Positions 20,446 to 32,424 of a DNA stretch of 64,000 nucleotides are shown here, piece after piece. This DNA is from Methanotrichaceae archaeon (GTDB taxonomy: Archaea; Halobacteriota; Methanosarcinia; Methanotrichales; Methanotrichaceae): positions 1-64,000 of the forward strand of contig CAWEXU010000006.1 of the NCBI GenBank assembly GCA_963813075.1, in the 5' to 3' direction. The translations under genes were made by a program, and so were the position numbers. The stretch's first letter is position 1; every line of letters starts with the position of its first letter. A model generated the notes under the pieces. That model saw nothing but the letters and a program-made list of their open reading frames with translations, had not been told where the DNA came from and ran no database searches.

Positions 20446-21277
20446 ATGATGGACGATTCAGAAATAAAGGTGCTGGTAAAGGAGAGCTACGGAAAAATTG
20501 CGAGAACGGGAGGCTCATGCTGCCCCACCAAGGGCTCATGCTGTGGAACAGCTCCTCCGGAAGAGATCAGCAAAGGTATCGGCTACTCAGAGGAAGAGAT
20601 GAATGCCGTGCCCCAGGGGGCAAATCTGGGCCTTGGCTGCGGCAATCCAATCGCACTGGCATCGATCAAAGAAGGGGAGACTGTGCTTGATCTGGGCTCG
20701 GGGGCGGGATTTGACAGCTTCCTTGCTGCCAGCAGGGTCGGACCGACAGGTAAGGTTATCGGAGTGGATATGACCCCGGAGATGATCGACAGAGCAAGAG
20801 AGAATGCAGCTATTGGAAGCTACAGCAATGTGCAGTTCAGGCAAGGCGAGCTGGAGGATCTTCCGGTTGATGATAATAGCGTGGATGTTATCGTCTCCAA
20901 CTGCGTCATCAACCTGGTGCCCGACAAGAAGAAGGCTTTCGAGGAGGCCTTCCGGGTGCTCAAGCCCGGCGGCAGGCTGATGGTCTCAGATCTCGTCCTG
21001 CGCCAGGAGCTGCCTGATCGCATAAAGGAATCGATCGAAGGCTATGTGGGCTGCATCTCCGGAGCAGCCTTGAAGGACGTCTATCTGGATACGATAAGAT
21101 CTGTGGGCTTCGGCGAATGTAGAAGTGATTGAGGAATCCGCCTTCTCCCTGGATTTTTTTGTCAGCGACAGCACAGATCAGTCAACGGATCAGAGTCCGG
21201 GAATGAGCGCGGAAGAAGTCAACGAATTTGCAGATTCTGTATCCAGCATAAAGGTGAGAGCCATCAAGCCGCGATGA
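20446..21277 (+). CDS. arsM: Arsenite S-adenosylmethionine methyltransferase (frameshift near 21115)
   Basis: LGLGCGNP, VLDLGSGAGFD, SNCVINLVPDK, GCISGA; the C-terminus continues in another frame to a TGA at 21277. Confidence 0.93.
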
Positions 21278-21482
21278 TGGTGGGATCAGGCCCGGGATCT
21301 GGTGGTCGGAGGCCTGATTTCTTTTTATCTACATGCAAAAAAATAACAATTACGAGATCTGCTGCCCAATATACTGATTCAGAGATTATTCCCAATCACT
21401 CTCTCAATCCCAAAAGATATATAACTAATTAACATGTAGTATCTAGAACTGACGAAATGTAATATTCAGGGAGGATCAAGAT

Positions 21483-21764
21483 ATGGAAAAATTCTTGGGA
21501 ATAGTCCAGGACGGCAGGTTCTCGGTCTTGTTGCCACGTTCGCAATGCTGCACAGTCAAGCTAACCCGCATTGCCAGGCCGGCATCAATAGCCGATGAGC
21601 TGGCAGCATCCCATGCGATCGATCTGGTCGAGCACGAGGGCAAGGCAATCATGGTAACCGGTGTCCTTCCTGAGCGCAAAGGATGGCTCTATGAGGCCAA
21701 TGTAATAGATCAGGCAGGACCGATACTCACGGAGTTGGTCAAAGAGACGTTTAGCTCGGGATGA
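21483..21764 (+). CDS. Hypothetical protein
   Basis: GGAGG SD, 93-aa ORF with a CC pair. Confidence 0.6.
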   Translation: MEKFLGIVQDGRFSVLLPRSQCCTVKLTRIARPASIADELAASHAIDLVEHEGKAIMVTGVLPERKGWLYEANVIDQAGPILTELVKETFSSG

Positions 21765-21995
21765 CCCGCTCAAAAAAGCGAATCCGGAATTTGATGTCCC
21801 TCTCTCAGGAATGATCGGGCCGAGAATGACCTTGTGCAGGATGGGTTTGCCACAAGGTCGGCCCGATCAGCCTCAGGAATTCCGTTTGGGTTTTCATTAT
21901 CTTTTTTCACATCTCTTTGCAGATAAGCAGCCGCTTTGAGGCTATTCCGTGAATTTGTCCACCTTCCCCCTGGCTCATTTCAGGATTGTCTCTCA

Positions 21996-23090
21996 TTACG
22001 AAACGATGGCACCGTAGAGCATTCCCACCAGTGTGGAGATGATCACCACCAGGCTGATGTAGACGCTGGCCTTTTTCGCTCCGATAATCCTCCAGATCAC
22101 TATCATGCTGGGCAGGCTCAGGGATGGACCGGCAAGCAGGAGAGAGAGAGCTGGACCCGCAGCCGTAACTCCCGTGCTGTAGCCAAAGAGAGTGCCGACA
22201 ATTGGCACCTCAAGCAATGTGGGCATATAGAGCAATGAGCCGATCACTGAGGCCAGAAAGCAGGCCAGAAAGCTGCTGGTGCCAAAGATTGTCCTGACCC
22301 ATTCAACGGGCAGGAAGTAGCTGATAATCCCGGTTACAAATGTGCCTGCTACCAAGAGAGGAAAGATCTTCTTGGTCAGCCACCAGGTCTCTTCCAGGAA
22401 GGCACTCTGCTCATCTGGCTGGTAGTATCGATACATCAGGAAGGCAGCCAATGCGATCAGAGCACCAACAATTATTGCCTTGGGCAGGAGCTCTATGGCA
22501 CCGGAGGTAGCAATCAGCAATATTGCCACCAGCACGGCCATGAATATGCCGGTGATATAATTTGGCCGGCTGGTTTGATCAGGTTCTGCATCGGCCTGAA
22601 TCATAGAAGGAGCGGAGTCGGTTTTGCAGCTCTGATCATGTTTTTGAAATATGGCCGCCATGATCAGACCTATGACCACGGCCATGCTGACTGCGGCCAC
22701 CGCACGGGCTATGCCCAGGTCCAGGCCCAGGACCCTGGCGGTGAGGATGATGGCCATGAGGTTTATGGCCGGACCGGAGAATAGGAAGGCCGTTGCCGGC
22801 CCGATGCCTGCGCCTCTCTTTTCGATTCCTGCAAACATGGGCAGAATGGTGCAGCTGCACACAGCCAGTATCGTCCCCGAGGTGGAAGCCACGCTGTAGC
22901 AGAGCCACTTGGGGGCATCAGCACCGAAATATTTGAGTACAGTATCCTTGTTCAAAAGAGCTGCTATTGCACCGGCGATGAAAAATGCTGGAACCAGACA
23001 GGTCAAGACATGCGCCGAAAGGTATTCCAGCAGCGTTGCCAGCCCGGCCTCCAGGGCGGCCATGATGGTGTAAGTTACCGTGAATATCAT
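21996..23090 (-). CDS. ArsP/DUF318-like permease (second family member)
   Basis: AHVLTCLVPAFFIAG, LAVCSCTILPMF, FLFSGPAIN, LLAGPSLSLP; likely start ATG 23090 overlaps the arsR stop. Confidence 0.88.
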   Translation of the reverse strand: MIFTVTYTIMAALEAGLATLLEYLSAHVLTCLVPAFFIAGAIAALLNKDTVLKYFGADAPKWLCYSVASTSGTILAVCSCTILPMFAGIEKRGAGIGPATAFLFSGPAINLMAIILTARVLGLDLGIARAVAAVSMAVVIGLIMAAIFQKHDQSCKTDSAPSMIQADAEPDQTSRPNYITGIFMAVLVAILLIATSGAIELLPKAIIVGALIALAAFLMYRYYQPDEQSAFLEETWWLTKKIFPLLVAGTFVTGIISYFLPVEWVRTIFGTSSFLACFLASVIGSLLYMPTLLEVPIVGTLFGYSTGVTAAGPALSLLLAGPSLSLPSMIVIWRIIGAKKASVYISLVVIISTLVGMLYGAIVS

Positions 23091-23431
23091 CTCCCGCAAC
23101 TTATTGACTCCTCTAGAATCCTTCCTGCCTCTGCGAGTTGCGAGATCTGCTTTAAGGCCATCCGGTCCACGAGGCGGACCAATTCGAATACCTGGGGATC
23201 TTTGATGCTGTAGAGCGTCCTTTTCCCGTCTATTCTCCGATCCAGAATATCGGCCTCGAATAGGATGTTCAGGTGCTTGGATATGGTGGACTGAGATCTG
23301 GAAAAGGCGGGGAGGATCTCGCAAACGCATCGTTCGCCTCCGCTCAGGTATTCGAGCAGCTCCAGACGGGTGGGATCGGATAGAGCGCTCAGAATCTTCA
23401 AGCGCAGAATAGAGACGTCCTTTTGAGCCAT
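23087..23431 (-). CDS. arsR: ArsR/SmtB transcriptional repressor
   Basis: ALSDPTRLELL...GERCVCEI..SQSTISKHL. Confidence 0.9.
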   Translation of the reverse strand: MAQKDVSILRLKILSALSDPTRLELLEYLSGGERCVCEILPAFSRSQSTISKHLNILFEADILDRRIDGKRTLYSIKDPQVFELVRLVDRMALKQISQLAEAGRILEESISCGR

Positions 23432-23627
23432 GATTAGAGTGCGATCACTACATATTCAGATATAAACGTATCGCTATAAGACGATAATAAGATATTGCTT
23501 ATCTCCCCTGACTGTTTCTTTTCGTCTGCAAAGCAGGATGAAAGAATCAAACCCAAATAGAGGGCTTCCCCTTAAGGCGGAGCAAGCGCGCATTTGATAA
23601 AGCGGGAGCGCATGCAAAGATAAAAAG

Positions 23628-24359
23628 ATGATCAAGATACCAATCGATAAGAGCATGTTGTTTGTGATTGTCCTGGCGGCGGCCATTCTCTGCACCATTG
23701 CCTCTTGTTCGGACCTGGTTGGCCCGGCACAGGAGGAGAATAACCGCACTGCTGCGATGCTAAATGGCACAGTCGATGAAGGGTTCAACGGCACAGTATA
23801 CCGCCTGGGTGAGTTAGTGATCGAGGTTGCAGTGCCGGTCAATGCCAGCCGGCTGAATCACACTCTGCCGGAGAAGGTGGATAATATCACCCTTTATGAT
23901 GAAGCCGGGAGTCCGGTGGCCTTAAACATCAGCGACAGGTTCTGGCAGGGCAACTACATCTACAGCCTGAACTTCGAGCGGCATGTCCGGGGGAAACTGG
24001 CCTACAACTTAACCTCACAGGGCCAGCAGTTTGTGATAGCGCCCAGAGAAAAAGGCCCGGTAAGGGTGATTCTTCCCCCGGGTTATGCCACAGGAGACCG
24101 ACTGCTGGGAATCGCCTGGCCTCCTCCTGACGAGATCGGTACCATTGAAGGAAGAAGCGCTCTTACCTGGAATAATACCACCAGGGTATCCTACATCGAG
24201 GTGAACTACTACCGGGACAACGCGCCCGTAGCCTTGACGGTCATCATATCCATCCTGGCCCTGGCGGCAATAGCCCTGCTCATCGAGTATTACTTCAGCA
24301 TCAGAAAGCTTAGGGCATTGAGATTGAAAGAAGAGGAAGAGAAGGGAGAAGTGCAATGA
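23628..24359 (+). CDS. Membrane-anchored exported protein (DUF5803-like)
   Basis: Signal peptide, V.LPPGY motif, C-terminal transmembrane helix followed by YYF..RKLR. Confidence 0.65.
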   Translation: MIKIPIDKSMLFVIVLAAAILCTIASCSDLVGPAQEENNRTAAMLNGTVDEGFNGTVYRLGELVIEVAVPVNASRLNHTLPEKVDNITLYDEAGSPVALNISDRFWQGNYIYSLNFERHVRGKLAYNLTSQGQQFVIAPREKGPVRVILPPGYATGDRLLGIAWPPPDEIGTIEGRSALTWNNTTRVSYIEVNYYRDNAPVALTVIISILALAAIALLIEYYFSIRKLRALRLKEEEEKGEVQ

Positions 24360-25036
24360 GCAAAGCAATCACCATCTGCGATGGAGTCTATGCGGTAGGG
24401 GGACCGGAGCTGTCCCGTTCCGAGGATGCATATGTCTATCTTGTGGATGCAAAGAGCAGTCTCGTTCTGATAGATGCCGGCGTAGGATATGGAATTGAAA
24501 AGATAGAAAAGAACATTCGATCCCTGGGTCTTGAGCCTGCCCGGGTCTGGCATGTTATTGCCACCCACTGCCACATCGATCATATCGGCGGACTTCACCA
24601 CTGGCGGGATAGGTACGCAAGCCGGATAATTGCCCACGAACTGGACCGGGCGGGGATAGAAGGGGAAAATAATGATCTGACTGCCGCCAGCATGTACGGG
24701 GTGAGCTATATGCCGGTGAAGCTGGATACAATCCTCTCCGGCGAGCATAATCAGATGCGACTGGGTGAGGTCGAATTCCAATTTCTTCACACCCCGGGCC
24801 ACACTCCCGGGAGCCTGTCGGTCTATATCGATACCCCAGAGGGGAGGGTCCTCTTCGGCCAGGATATTCACGGCCCGTTCTCTTCCTCCTGGCGCTCTGA
24901 CATCGCTGAGTGGAGGCGATCCATGAGAAAGCTCCTCGACCTTAAGGCTGATTTTCTCTGCGAGGGGCATGCCGGGATCTATAAAGGAGATCGGATCAAA
25001 GAATATATCGAAGGCTATTTGAAAAGATATAGCTGA
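24356..25036 (+). CDS. Metallo-beta-lactamase-fold hydrolase
   Basis: THCHIDHIGG, HTPGHTPG, EGH. Confidence 0.9.
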   Translation: MSKAITICDGVYAVGGPELSRSEDAYVYLVDAKSSLVLIDAGVGYGIEKIEKNIRSLGLEPARVWHVIATHCHIDHIGGLHHWRDRYASRIIAHELDRAGIEGENNDLTAASMYGVSYMPVKLDTILSGEHNQMRLGEVEFQFLHTPGHTPGSLSVYIDTPEGRVLFGQDIHGPFSSSWRSDIAEWRRSMRKLLDLKADFLCEGHAGIYKGDRIKEYIEGYLKRYS

Positions 25037-25111
25037 GGCTGTTCATACTGTTTTCTCGATTTCGTCAATTTTTCATTTTTTTATTTTTTCATTTCATTTT
25101 TTCTTTTACTA

Positions 25112-26171
<1,060 letters not shown>

Positions 26172-26326
26172 TTATTGATTAATTTCCATCTCATGCCTAG
26201 ATATTGATTGCGGTCAAACCTATTGCCGGGAATATCGGATTTGGATTGCCGGGAGGCGATCGAAATCCTGAATATCCCTCTCACTGAATCCATAAACCTG
26301 AGACAAATTCACTTCTTTTTCAACCG

Positions 26327-27551
26327 TTAGGGGATCTGCTTTACAAAGGGCCTCCTGGACAGGAGAAGCCACAGCCCTAGGCACAGGAGCCCCACCAGGA
26401 TATTCATTGACCCCAGGACCTGGATGGTATTGCTCCACTCCTGAGATATGACGGTCATCCCCAAGCTGCCCATTAGAATCCCAAAGCAGCTCATGAGAGC
26501 AGAGGCAGAGCCGGTATCATACTCTTGCTGCTCCAGCATCAGATTTGTGCCCGGGGTCCGGATGCAGCTTCCCATAATCGTCGCCGGGAAAAGGCATGCT
26601 GCAAACGTCCAGGGCTGGAAGCTGCCGAGAAGATACACCAGCAGCCCTCCAAGAAAGGTAAAGACGAAGCCGGCGATGATGATATTGCGGCGGGCGAACC
26701 TCTGAGAGAGGCGCAGATAGAGCATAGGCCCTCCGATCATCCCCAGGGCATTGAAGGCGAAATAAAGGCTGAAATGCTGCTCGCTCAGGCCGAAGCCGTC
26801 GATGTAAATGTATGAGGATGAGGCAATATAGGCCATAGAAGAGAAGCTGAGCAGGGAGAATATAATGAGCAATGAGAAAAATCCGGGATTCTTTGCCACC
26901 ACTGCCAGCCTGCCGATGGACTGGCCTAATGTGCCGGTATATCTTGTCTTCAGCGTCTCCACCAGGGCCAGGCTCCCGGCAAGAGCAATAAGCCCAATGA
27001 CTACCCAGGACCACAAAAACCCCTCTCCAGGATGTGAAGCCTAATAAAAGCGCCCCCAGGACGGGTGCTGCCATGGGGGATATGAGGACCATGGAGGATA
27101 CCCAGGCGAGGATCATCTCCCGGTTGCGGCTGTCGTACACATCCTTGATCATGGCCATGGCCACCGCCGAGGCTGAGCTTCCTCCAACAGCCTGGAGGAT
27201 GCGAAAGGCAATGAGCTGATTGATATCCTGGGATATGGCACAGAGGAATCCCGCCAAAGAGTAAATGGCAAGGCCGGTGATCAGAATAGGGCGGCGGCCG
27301 TATCTGTCGCTCAATGGCCCCCAGAAGAGCATTCCCACGGCAAAGACGATAAAGAAGAATATCAGGGTGAGATTAACCTCTTCGGCTGATACCTGGAAAT
27401 ACCTGGACATGCCGGGAAGGGCAGGAAGGTACAGATCAGTAGATAGAGGAACGAACGCGCTCAGAAATGCGATAAGGGCGATAAGGCCCCGGTTGCCCAG
27501 ATATTTCTGCTTTCTGCCTCCGGGGACAAAGGCTGATTGTGAGTCTTCCAT
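26327..27551 (-). CDS. Bcr/CflA-type MFS multidrug efflux transporter (frameshift near 27015)
   Basis: PLSTDLYLPALP, GPLSDRYGRRP, RILQAVGG. Confidence 0.88.
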
Positions 27552-27565
27552 CTTTTCTAGAGACC

Positions 27566-28153
27566 TCAATCTTCCTTGATAATCCCATCATACTTTTTTT
27601 TCCAGAGCAAAAGATCGCACAGCTTATTGGCACTGGCTACCACCGTCTTCCGGCCGATGCGGTCTTCTGCAGCCGGCCGGACGGCAATGCCCCCAAAATG
27701 GCTATCATCGCCCACAACTATCATTCCCTGGATATGCATCCAGGCGTGAATGCTCTCCAGGGTCTTCTCCTGGCCACCGTTTCTTGAGCCGCCAACGGCT
27801 ATCGCGCAGCCTATCTTATTCTTGAGCTTGAAGTCCTGTCGGCGGAGGGGAATTGTCCGGTCGAAGACCGCCTTGAGTTGAGCTGAAACGTTTCCGAAAT
27901 AGACGGGCGAGGCCACGATTATGCCATCTGCTTCTTGCAATGCCCTCAGGAAATCGGGCGTATCATCTTCTTTGGGACAGGGTTTGCCTTTGCTGCAGTC
28001 CCCGCAATCGCTGCAAAAATCGACAGCTAACTCTGAACAGAGAAGCCTCTCTGTTTGAAAACCATGTTCGGCGGCAATTCTCAGTGCCTCGTTCAGCAAG
28101 AACTCGGTGTTGCCGGCCTTTCTTGGACTGCCAGAGATGCCAACTATTCTCAT
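27566..28153 (-). CDS. Iron-sulfur flavoprotein / flavodoxin family
   Basis: GISGSPRK.GNT, CxxCxxC..C, SPVYFG, SRNGGQE. Confidence 0.9.
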   Translation of the reverse strand: MRIVGISGSPRKAGNTEFLLNEALRIAAEHGFQTERLLCSELAVDFCSDCGDCSKGKPCPKEDDTPDFLRALQEADGIIVASPVYFGNVSAQLKAVFDRTIPLRRQDFKLKNKIGCAIAVGGSRNGGQEKTLESIHAWMHIQGMIVVGDDSHFGGIAVRPAAEDRIGRKTVVASANKLCDLLLWKKKYDGIIKED

Positions 28154-28310
28154 TATACCTTTCACCCTTCCCAGCACATTGCTGGAGGCTAATATATGCT
28201 TTTTTGGTTGGGATATGCTCTTGCGGTTCTATCTCCAATGGCATAGTCCAACAACAAATTCCAACGGCAAAGTTAATATCCAATACCCTAATTTTATTAT
28301 GGGATTTAAA

Positions 28311-28571
28311 ATGAATGCGGAGATCACATCGCTTCTGGAACAGGATGTCTATACTCAGAAAGGCATCTTCGTGGGCAGAGTGGACGATGCCGTCCTGGAC
28401 CCTGACAACGGGGTGGTAAGCGGCCTGGCTCTGGGAGAGGTCAACCGGGATCTATTCGATAGCAAGGGCAAAGGGATCATCATTCCCTACCGCTGGGTTA
28501 CTGCTGTCGGTGACATCATAATTATCAGGCACCTTAAGAGAAATGCAAGGGCTGAGCCAAAAATCGGCTAG
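28311..28571 (+). CDS. PRC-barrel domain protein
   Basis: DVYTQKG..VGRVDD...IPYRWVTAVGDIIII. Confidence 0.85.
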   Translation: MNAEITSLLEQDVYTQKGIFVGRVDDAVLDPDNGVVSGLALGEVNRDLFDSKGKGIIIPYRWVTAVGDIIIIRHLKRNARAEPKIG

Positions 28572-29238
28572 CTGGGAGATCTACTCCGGTCTTCGGGCCC
28601 GCGCCCCTCTGGTGGCGAGGGCGGACGGCCGGGGTTTCAAGAATATCCTGGCAGGATGCAAGAAACCTTACGATGCGGGCTTTGCGAGTTCCATGGCCTC
28701 CTCAGCCAGCAGCCTGTTTGAGGACTCAGGAATCAGTCCAGTGCTGGCGTTCACCTTTTCCGATGAGATCAACCTCGCCTTTCTCGCTGCTCCCTTTGGG
28801 GGGAGGGTGGAGAAGATCGACTCTCTGGTCGCGGGCTCTTTATCTGCCGCTCTCTCTCTTCAGCTGGGAAAGCCCGTCTCAATGGACTGCCGGACCATTC
28901 CTTTATGCAAGGCTGAGATCAGGGAATACCTCATTGAAAGGCAGAATGAGACCTGGAGAAACCATGTATTTTCTTATGGATTTTATATGCTGAAGGGCGA
29001 GGGCCTCGATTCGGCCCAGGCCATGGAGAGGCTGCGGGGGATGAGAGAGAATGAGATTCATGAGCTGGTTTTCCTGAGAGGGATAAACCTTGCCAAGACC
29101 CCCTGCTGGGAGAGAAGGGGTGTAATGATCTATCGCGACAAAGGAAGGATCATGCAGGATTGGGAGCTGCCGCTTTTCTCTTCTCGAGAAGGAGAGGAGC
29201 TGCTGGCCCGGATTCTCAGCAATTCTGCCACTGGCTAA
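28543..29238 (+). CDS. tRNA(His) guanylyltransferase Thg1-like protein
   Basis: RADGRGF, FSDEINL, GRVEKIDS, RQ.ETWRN, WERRG. Confidence 0.9.
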   Translation: MQGLSQKSASWEIYSGLRARAPLVARADGRGFKNILAGCKKPYDAGFASSMASSASSLFEDSGISPVLAFTFSDEINLAFLAAPFGGRVEKIDSLVAGSLSAALSLQLGKPVSMDCRTIPLCKAEIREYLIERQNETWRNHVFSYGFYMLKGEGLDSAQAMERLRGMRENEIHELVFLRGINLAKTPCWERRGVMIYRDKGRIMQDWELPLFSSREGEELLARILSNSATG

Positions 29239-29287
29239 GCATTAGAATGTAGACCGATCGGTCCAGGATATCGCCTTTTCCTGTCCA

Positions 29288-30118
29288 TCAGTCGCTTTGG
29301 GCGAGGATGGTAAAATACTTTTTAATTATCTCTCTATTCTCAGGGGGAAGGCTCTCGATGTAGAGCTCTGATGGCACAGCTGCTGCCTCTCCTGCCTGGG
29401 ACTGCTGAAAGACCCTCTCCACCGGTTTTGTGTTTATGGGGATGGAGCCTGCACCCGTTCCAGGTGATAGCACTAAAGGAAGCTTATTCTCATTCAGCAC
29501 GGCAAGGGATGGATTGCCAAATATGTTTTCGCTGAGGTTTTCATTAAAGCTCAGGTTATTCTTGGGCTCATCATCCTGGAAGATCTCGGATGCTCTGTCC
29601 TTCAGGTCAATGATCGACTGCAGGTCGGCGGTCTCTACCACATTTCCCTGTGCCAGGAGGATGACCAGCGCCAGGAGTAAAACGGCTGCGCCTCCTCTGC
29701 CCACAATCTGCCTTCTGTCCAGGATCTGAGAGGATTTAATTCCCACTAAACTGAGCTTCAGCTCCTCTGCCAGACTTTGCATGGGCAGAGAATCAAGATC
29801 CCTGTTGTCAAAAGCGGTTTTGGCTTTCTCGGACAATTCAGGGCCTAAGAGGGGAAAAATGTCCTCCTTCCTGCGTCTTTTGAGAATGGATGCAGTAATG
29901 CCTCCTAAAATTATGGAGATAATGGCAGGAATGGCTGACAGAAAAAGATTGTCCTGGTAGTAGAATTTCATAAGAGTGGTCAATCCCAGGAACTGCATCA
30001 CGGCATAAATCGCGATTGAGATTATTAAGGCATCAAGAACCCAAACTGTCCGCTCAAAGCGGCGGTATGCCCTCATCAGTCGGGCGAGCGGTCTGAGGAA
30101 CTCATAGTGCCCATTCAT
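29288..30118 (-). CDS. Conserved hypothetical membrane protein
   Basis: 276-aa ORF with three hydrophobic segments. Confidence 0.65.
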   Translation of the reverse strand: MNGHYEFLRPLARLMRAYRRFERTVWVLDALIISIAIYAVMQFLGLTTLMKFYYQDNLFLSAIPAIISIILGGITASILKRRRKEDIFPLLGPELSEKAKTAFDNRDLDSLPMQSLAEELKLSLVGIKSSQILDRRQIVGRGGAAVLLLALVILLAQGNVVETADLQSIIDLKDRASEIFQDDEPKNNLSFNENLSENIFGNPSLAVLNENKLPLVLSPGTGAGSIPINTKPVERVFQQSQAGEAAAVPSELYIESLPPENREIIKKYFTILAQSD

Positions 30119-30324
30119 AAACTTTAATCTGATAATTTGGATAAGTAGTTTTTGAATGAAGGCGCTGAAAAGAGTTTATACCATCAGATTAATCAAGGTC
30201 ATCACTGGCCTTTGCCCCGTCAAGGCTGGCATAACCCCTCGAAGGAAGGCAATAGCGCGACCGTTAAAGAAGAAGATGAAGAGGCGCAAAGAAGATCTGA
30301 TCAGGATTTGGATTCAAGATAAAA

Positions 30325-32382
30325 ATGGAAAAAATAGCAGACATCAATCGGACAGGATACAAGATTTTGGCGATCTTGGCGGCCTTTGCGCTTCTGCCGC
30401 TGCTAATCGTAGGTATTATCTCTCTCCTGGAAATGAACGAGGCATCCCGAGATGTCCAGGAGAATATATCCCAGCTGAGCGTATCCTTGAATCGCTCCGC
30501 TCTCCTGGTGATGCCCAATGAGGCGGATCAGGTGCAGCTTGCCATTGCTAAAGCTGATCAGTATAACGAGCTATTATCCCGCCTGGCCCATGAGAATGAG
30601 CTGGTGGCCAGCTATGCCCGTGACTTCTCTCAGAGCGATAGCTGTGTTCCTCCGGGCGTATGGATTGCCCCGGCCAGCTCAAATCTCTCGACATCTGAGA
30701 AAAGAGATGCCACCATAAGCTCCCTATGCGTGCCAGCAAGAATGATGCAGTCTCTGCATCAGACTGAGCCTGCTTTATCTCTTTCTTTTATTGGAACGGA
30801 AGACGGAGTACTGGTGACCTGGCCCTACAGCAATGAGTCCCTGGCAAGCACCGCTCCTTTTAGTTACAAGGACACCGCTAATTATGCCCAGGCCAAATCG
30901 AGGAAGAAGACCATCTGGACAGGACCCTATGTGAACGATGAGGGAGACCGCATGATGACCATCACCACTCCCTTCTTCAAGGGTGGCGATTTTGTGGGCA
31001 TCATGGGAATGGATGTGTCGATCGAGTCCATCTTCATGGACCTCTCCACCATGAAAGGCAGAGGCTATCCATTCATAATAGACCGGACGGGCCTGATCGT
31101 TGCCCGGCCAAAAAATAAGCCGGACGAGCCGTTGAATATGATATTCGGCTCGGAAAACCTCTCAGAGGCCACCAGTCCCGAGGTGAGGGCGGTGGCAAAG
31201 AAGATGCTCAAAGGAAGCTCAGGATCTGCTATTGTGGCTTTGGGGAGAGCGGACGGGTATGTGGCATATTCTCCCATACCGTCTATTGGCTGGACCCTGG
31301 GAATCGTTTATGCAGCAGAAGAGATGAGCCTGCCTGCCAGGTTCATCGATGCCGGCATAAAAGAGGTAGCGAGCAGTGCGACCCAGGGATTGAGCGATGC
31401 CTCGCGAAGGATCAGAAATTTCGCTTTAATTGCTTTTGCCATTACCACAATCGCGGTACTGGCTGCAGGATTCCTCCTCAGCCGGAGGATTGATGGCGAT
31501 ATCAGCGCGCTTGTCAGAATGGCGGAAAGGATATCCAGAGGCGATTTTGATGTCAGGGCGAAGACCTCAGTAGAGCTGGAACCGCTGGGGGTGGCATTCA
31601 ACAGTATGGCTTTGGGCCTGAAAGACTATACTGCTGCTCTGAATAGAGATGCAATCGTAGAGGGCGGCTCGGGCAAGGAGACCGACTTCATCGCGGAGGT
31701 CAAACTGAGCCTGGCGTCTGCTGTCCTTCCTGAGGAGGAGGGATATGAGATCAAGGCTTTTTACAGGCCCTCAAATGAGAATCGATTCGATCTTTATGAT
31801 ATCTCCAGAGCAGGTGATAAGATAGGCTTCGCCATGGCAGGAGTGGGAGGAGACGGTATTCAGGCAGCAATGCTCGCCATTATGTCGCGAGCTCTTATCC
31901 GCGCCTTTCCAGATAAGCTGAGCCCATCGCGGACCATAAGCGAGCTCAACTATCAGATCAACCAGTATGGTCGCGGCACGAATTTAGCCTGCTTTTATGC
32001 CCTGCTGGATCCAGCCGATCATGTATTGGAGTATGTTAACGCCGGGTACAATCCGCCTTTTATCGTTGATCCAGGAGGGATGGTGGACACTTTGGGCGGC
32101 GGGGGCATAGCTTTGGGTATGCTCGACCGGATGGAGCTTGATGAGACGCGCATACCCATTCAGCCTGGGGATGTTATGGTCATATATTCTGATGGGGTTG
32201 CGGAAGCCGAAGGCAATAATGGAGAGCCTTTTGGAATGGAGAGGCTCATCAACCTGGTAATACATAATCGCACTCTATCTGCAGCAGAGATTCTCGCCAT
32301 TGCAGAAAGGGAGATTCAGGCCTTCTCGATAAGCTCAGAGCATCCAGTGGACCAGGCCATGATAATTATCAAGCGAAGATGA
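30325..32382 (+). CDS. Membrane sensor PP2C/SpoIIE phosphatase with Cache and HAMP domains
   Basis: WTGPY Cache motif, HAMP (ISRGDF..FNSMA), YVNAGYNPP, YSDGVAEA, DQA. Confidence 0.88.
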   Translation: MEKIADINRTGYKILAILAAFALLPLLIVGIISLLEMNEASRDVQENISQLSVSLNRSALLVMPNEADQVQLAIAKADQYNELLSRLAHENELVASYARDFSQSDSCVPPGVWIAPASSNLSTSEKRDATISSLCVPARMMQSLHQTEPALSLSFIGTEDGVLVTWPYSNESLASTAPFSYKDTANYAQAKSRKKTIWTGPYVNDEGDRMMTITTPFFKGGDFVGIMGMDVSIESIFMDLSTMKGRGYPFIIDRTGLIVARPKNKPDEPLNMIFGSENLSEATSPEVRAVAKKMLKGSSGSAIVALGRADGYVAYSPIPSIGWTLGIVYAAEEMSLPARFIDAGIKEVASSATQGLSDASRRIRNFALIAFAITTIAVLAAGFLLSRRIDGDISALVRMAERISRGDFDVRAKTSVELEPLGVAFNSMALGLKDYTAALNRDAIVEGGSGKETDFIAEVKLSLASAVLPEEEGYEIKAFYRPSNENRFDLYDISRAGDKIGFAMAGVGGDGIQAAMLAIMSRALIRAFPDKLSPSRTISELNYQINQYGRGTNLACFYALLDPADHVLEYVNAGYNPPFIVDPGGMVDTLGGGGIALGMLDRMELDETRIPIQPGDVMVIYSDGVAEAEGNNGEPFGMERLINLVIHNRTLSAAEILAIAEREIQAFSISSEHPVDQAMIIIKRR

Positions 32383-32424
32383 ATCCGAGTTGCAAGAAAG
32401 CTTACCTTTTTCCCGCCTGCGTCA

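Noticed and set aside
20446..21277. Programmed frameshift or selenocysteine recoding in arsM and other split genes
   Set aside because: The breaks need frame changes rather than UGA readthrough, show no consistent slippery motif, and also hit a housekeeping gene (rtcA)
21996..23330. 444-aa N-terminally extended permease call
   Set aside because: The extension overlaps arsR in another frame; the real start is probably the ATG at 23090
28543..29238. Pyrrolysine/amber readthrough in Thg1, as known from some Methanosarcina
   Set aside because: The ORF is uninterrupted, with no in-frame TAG
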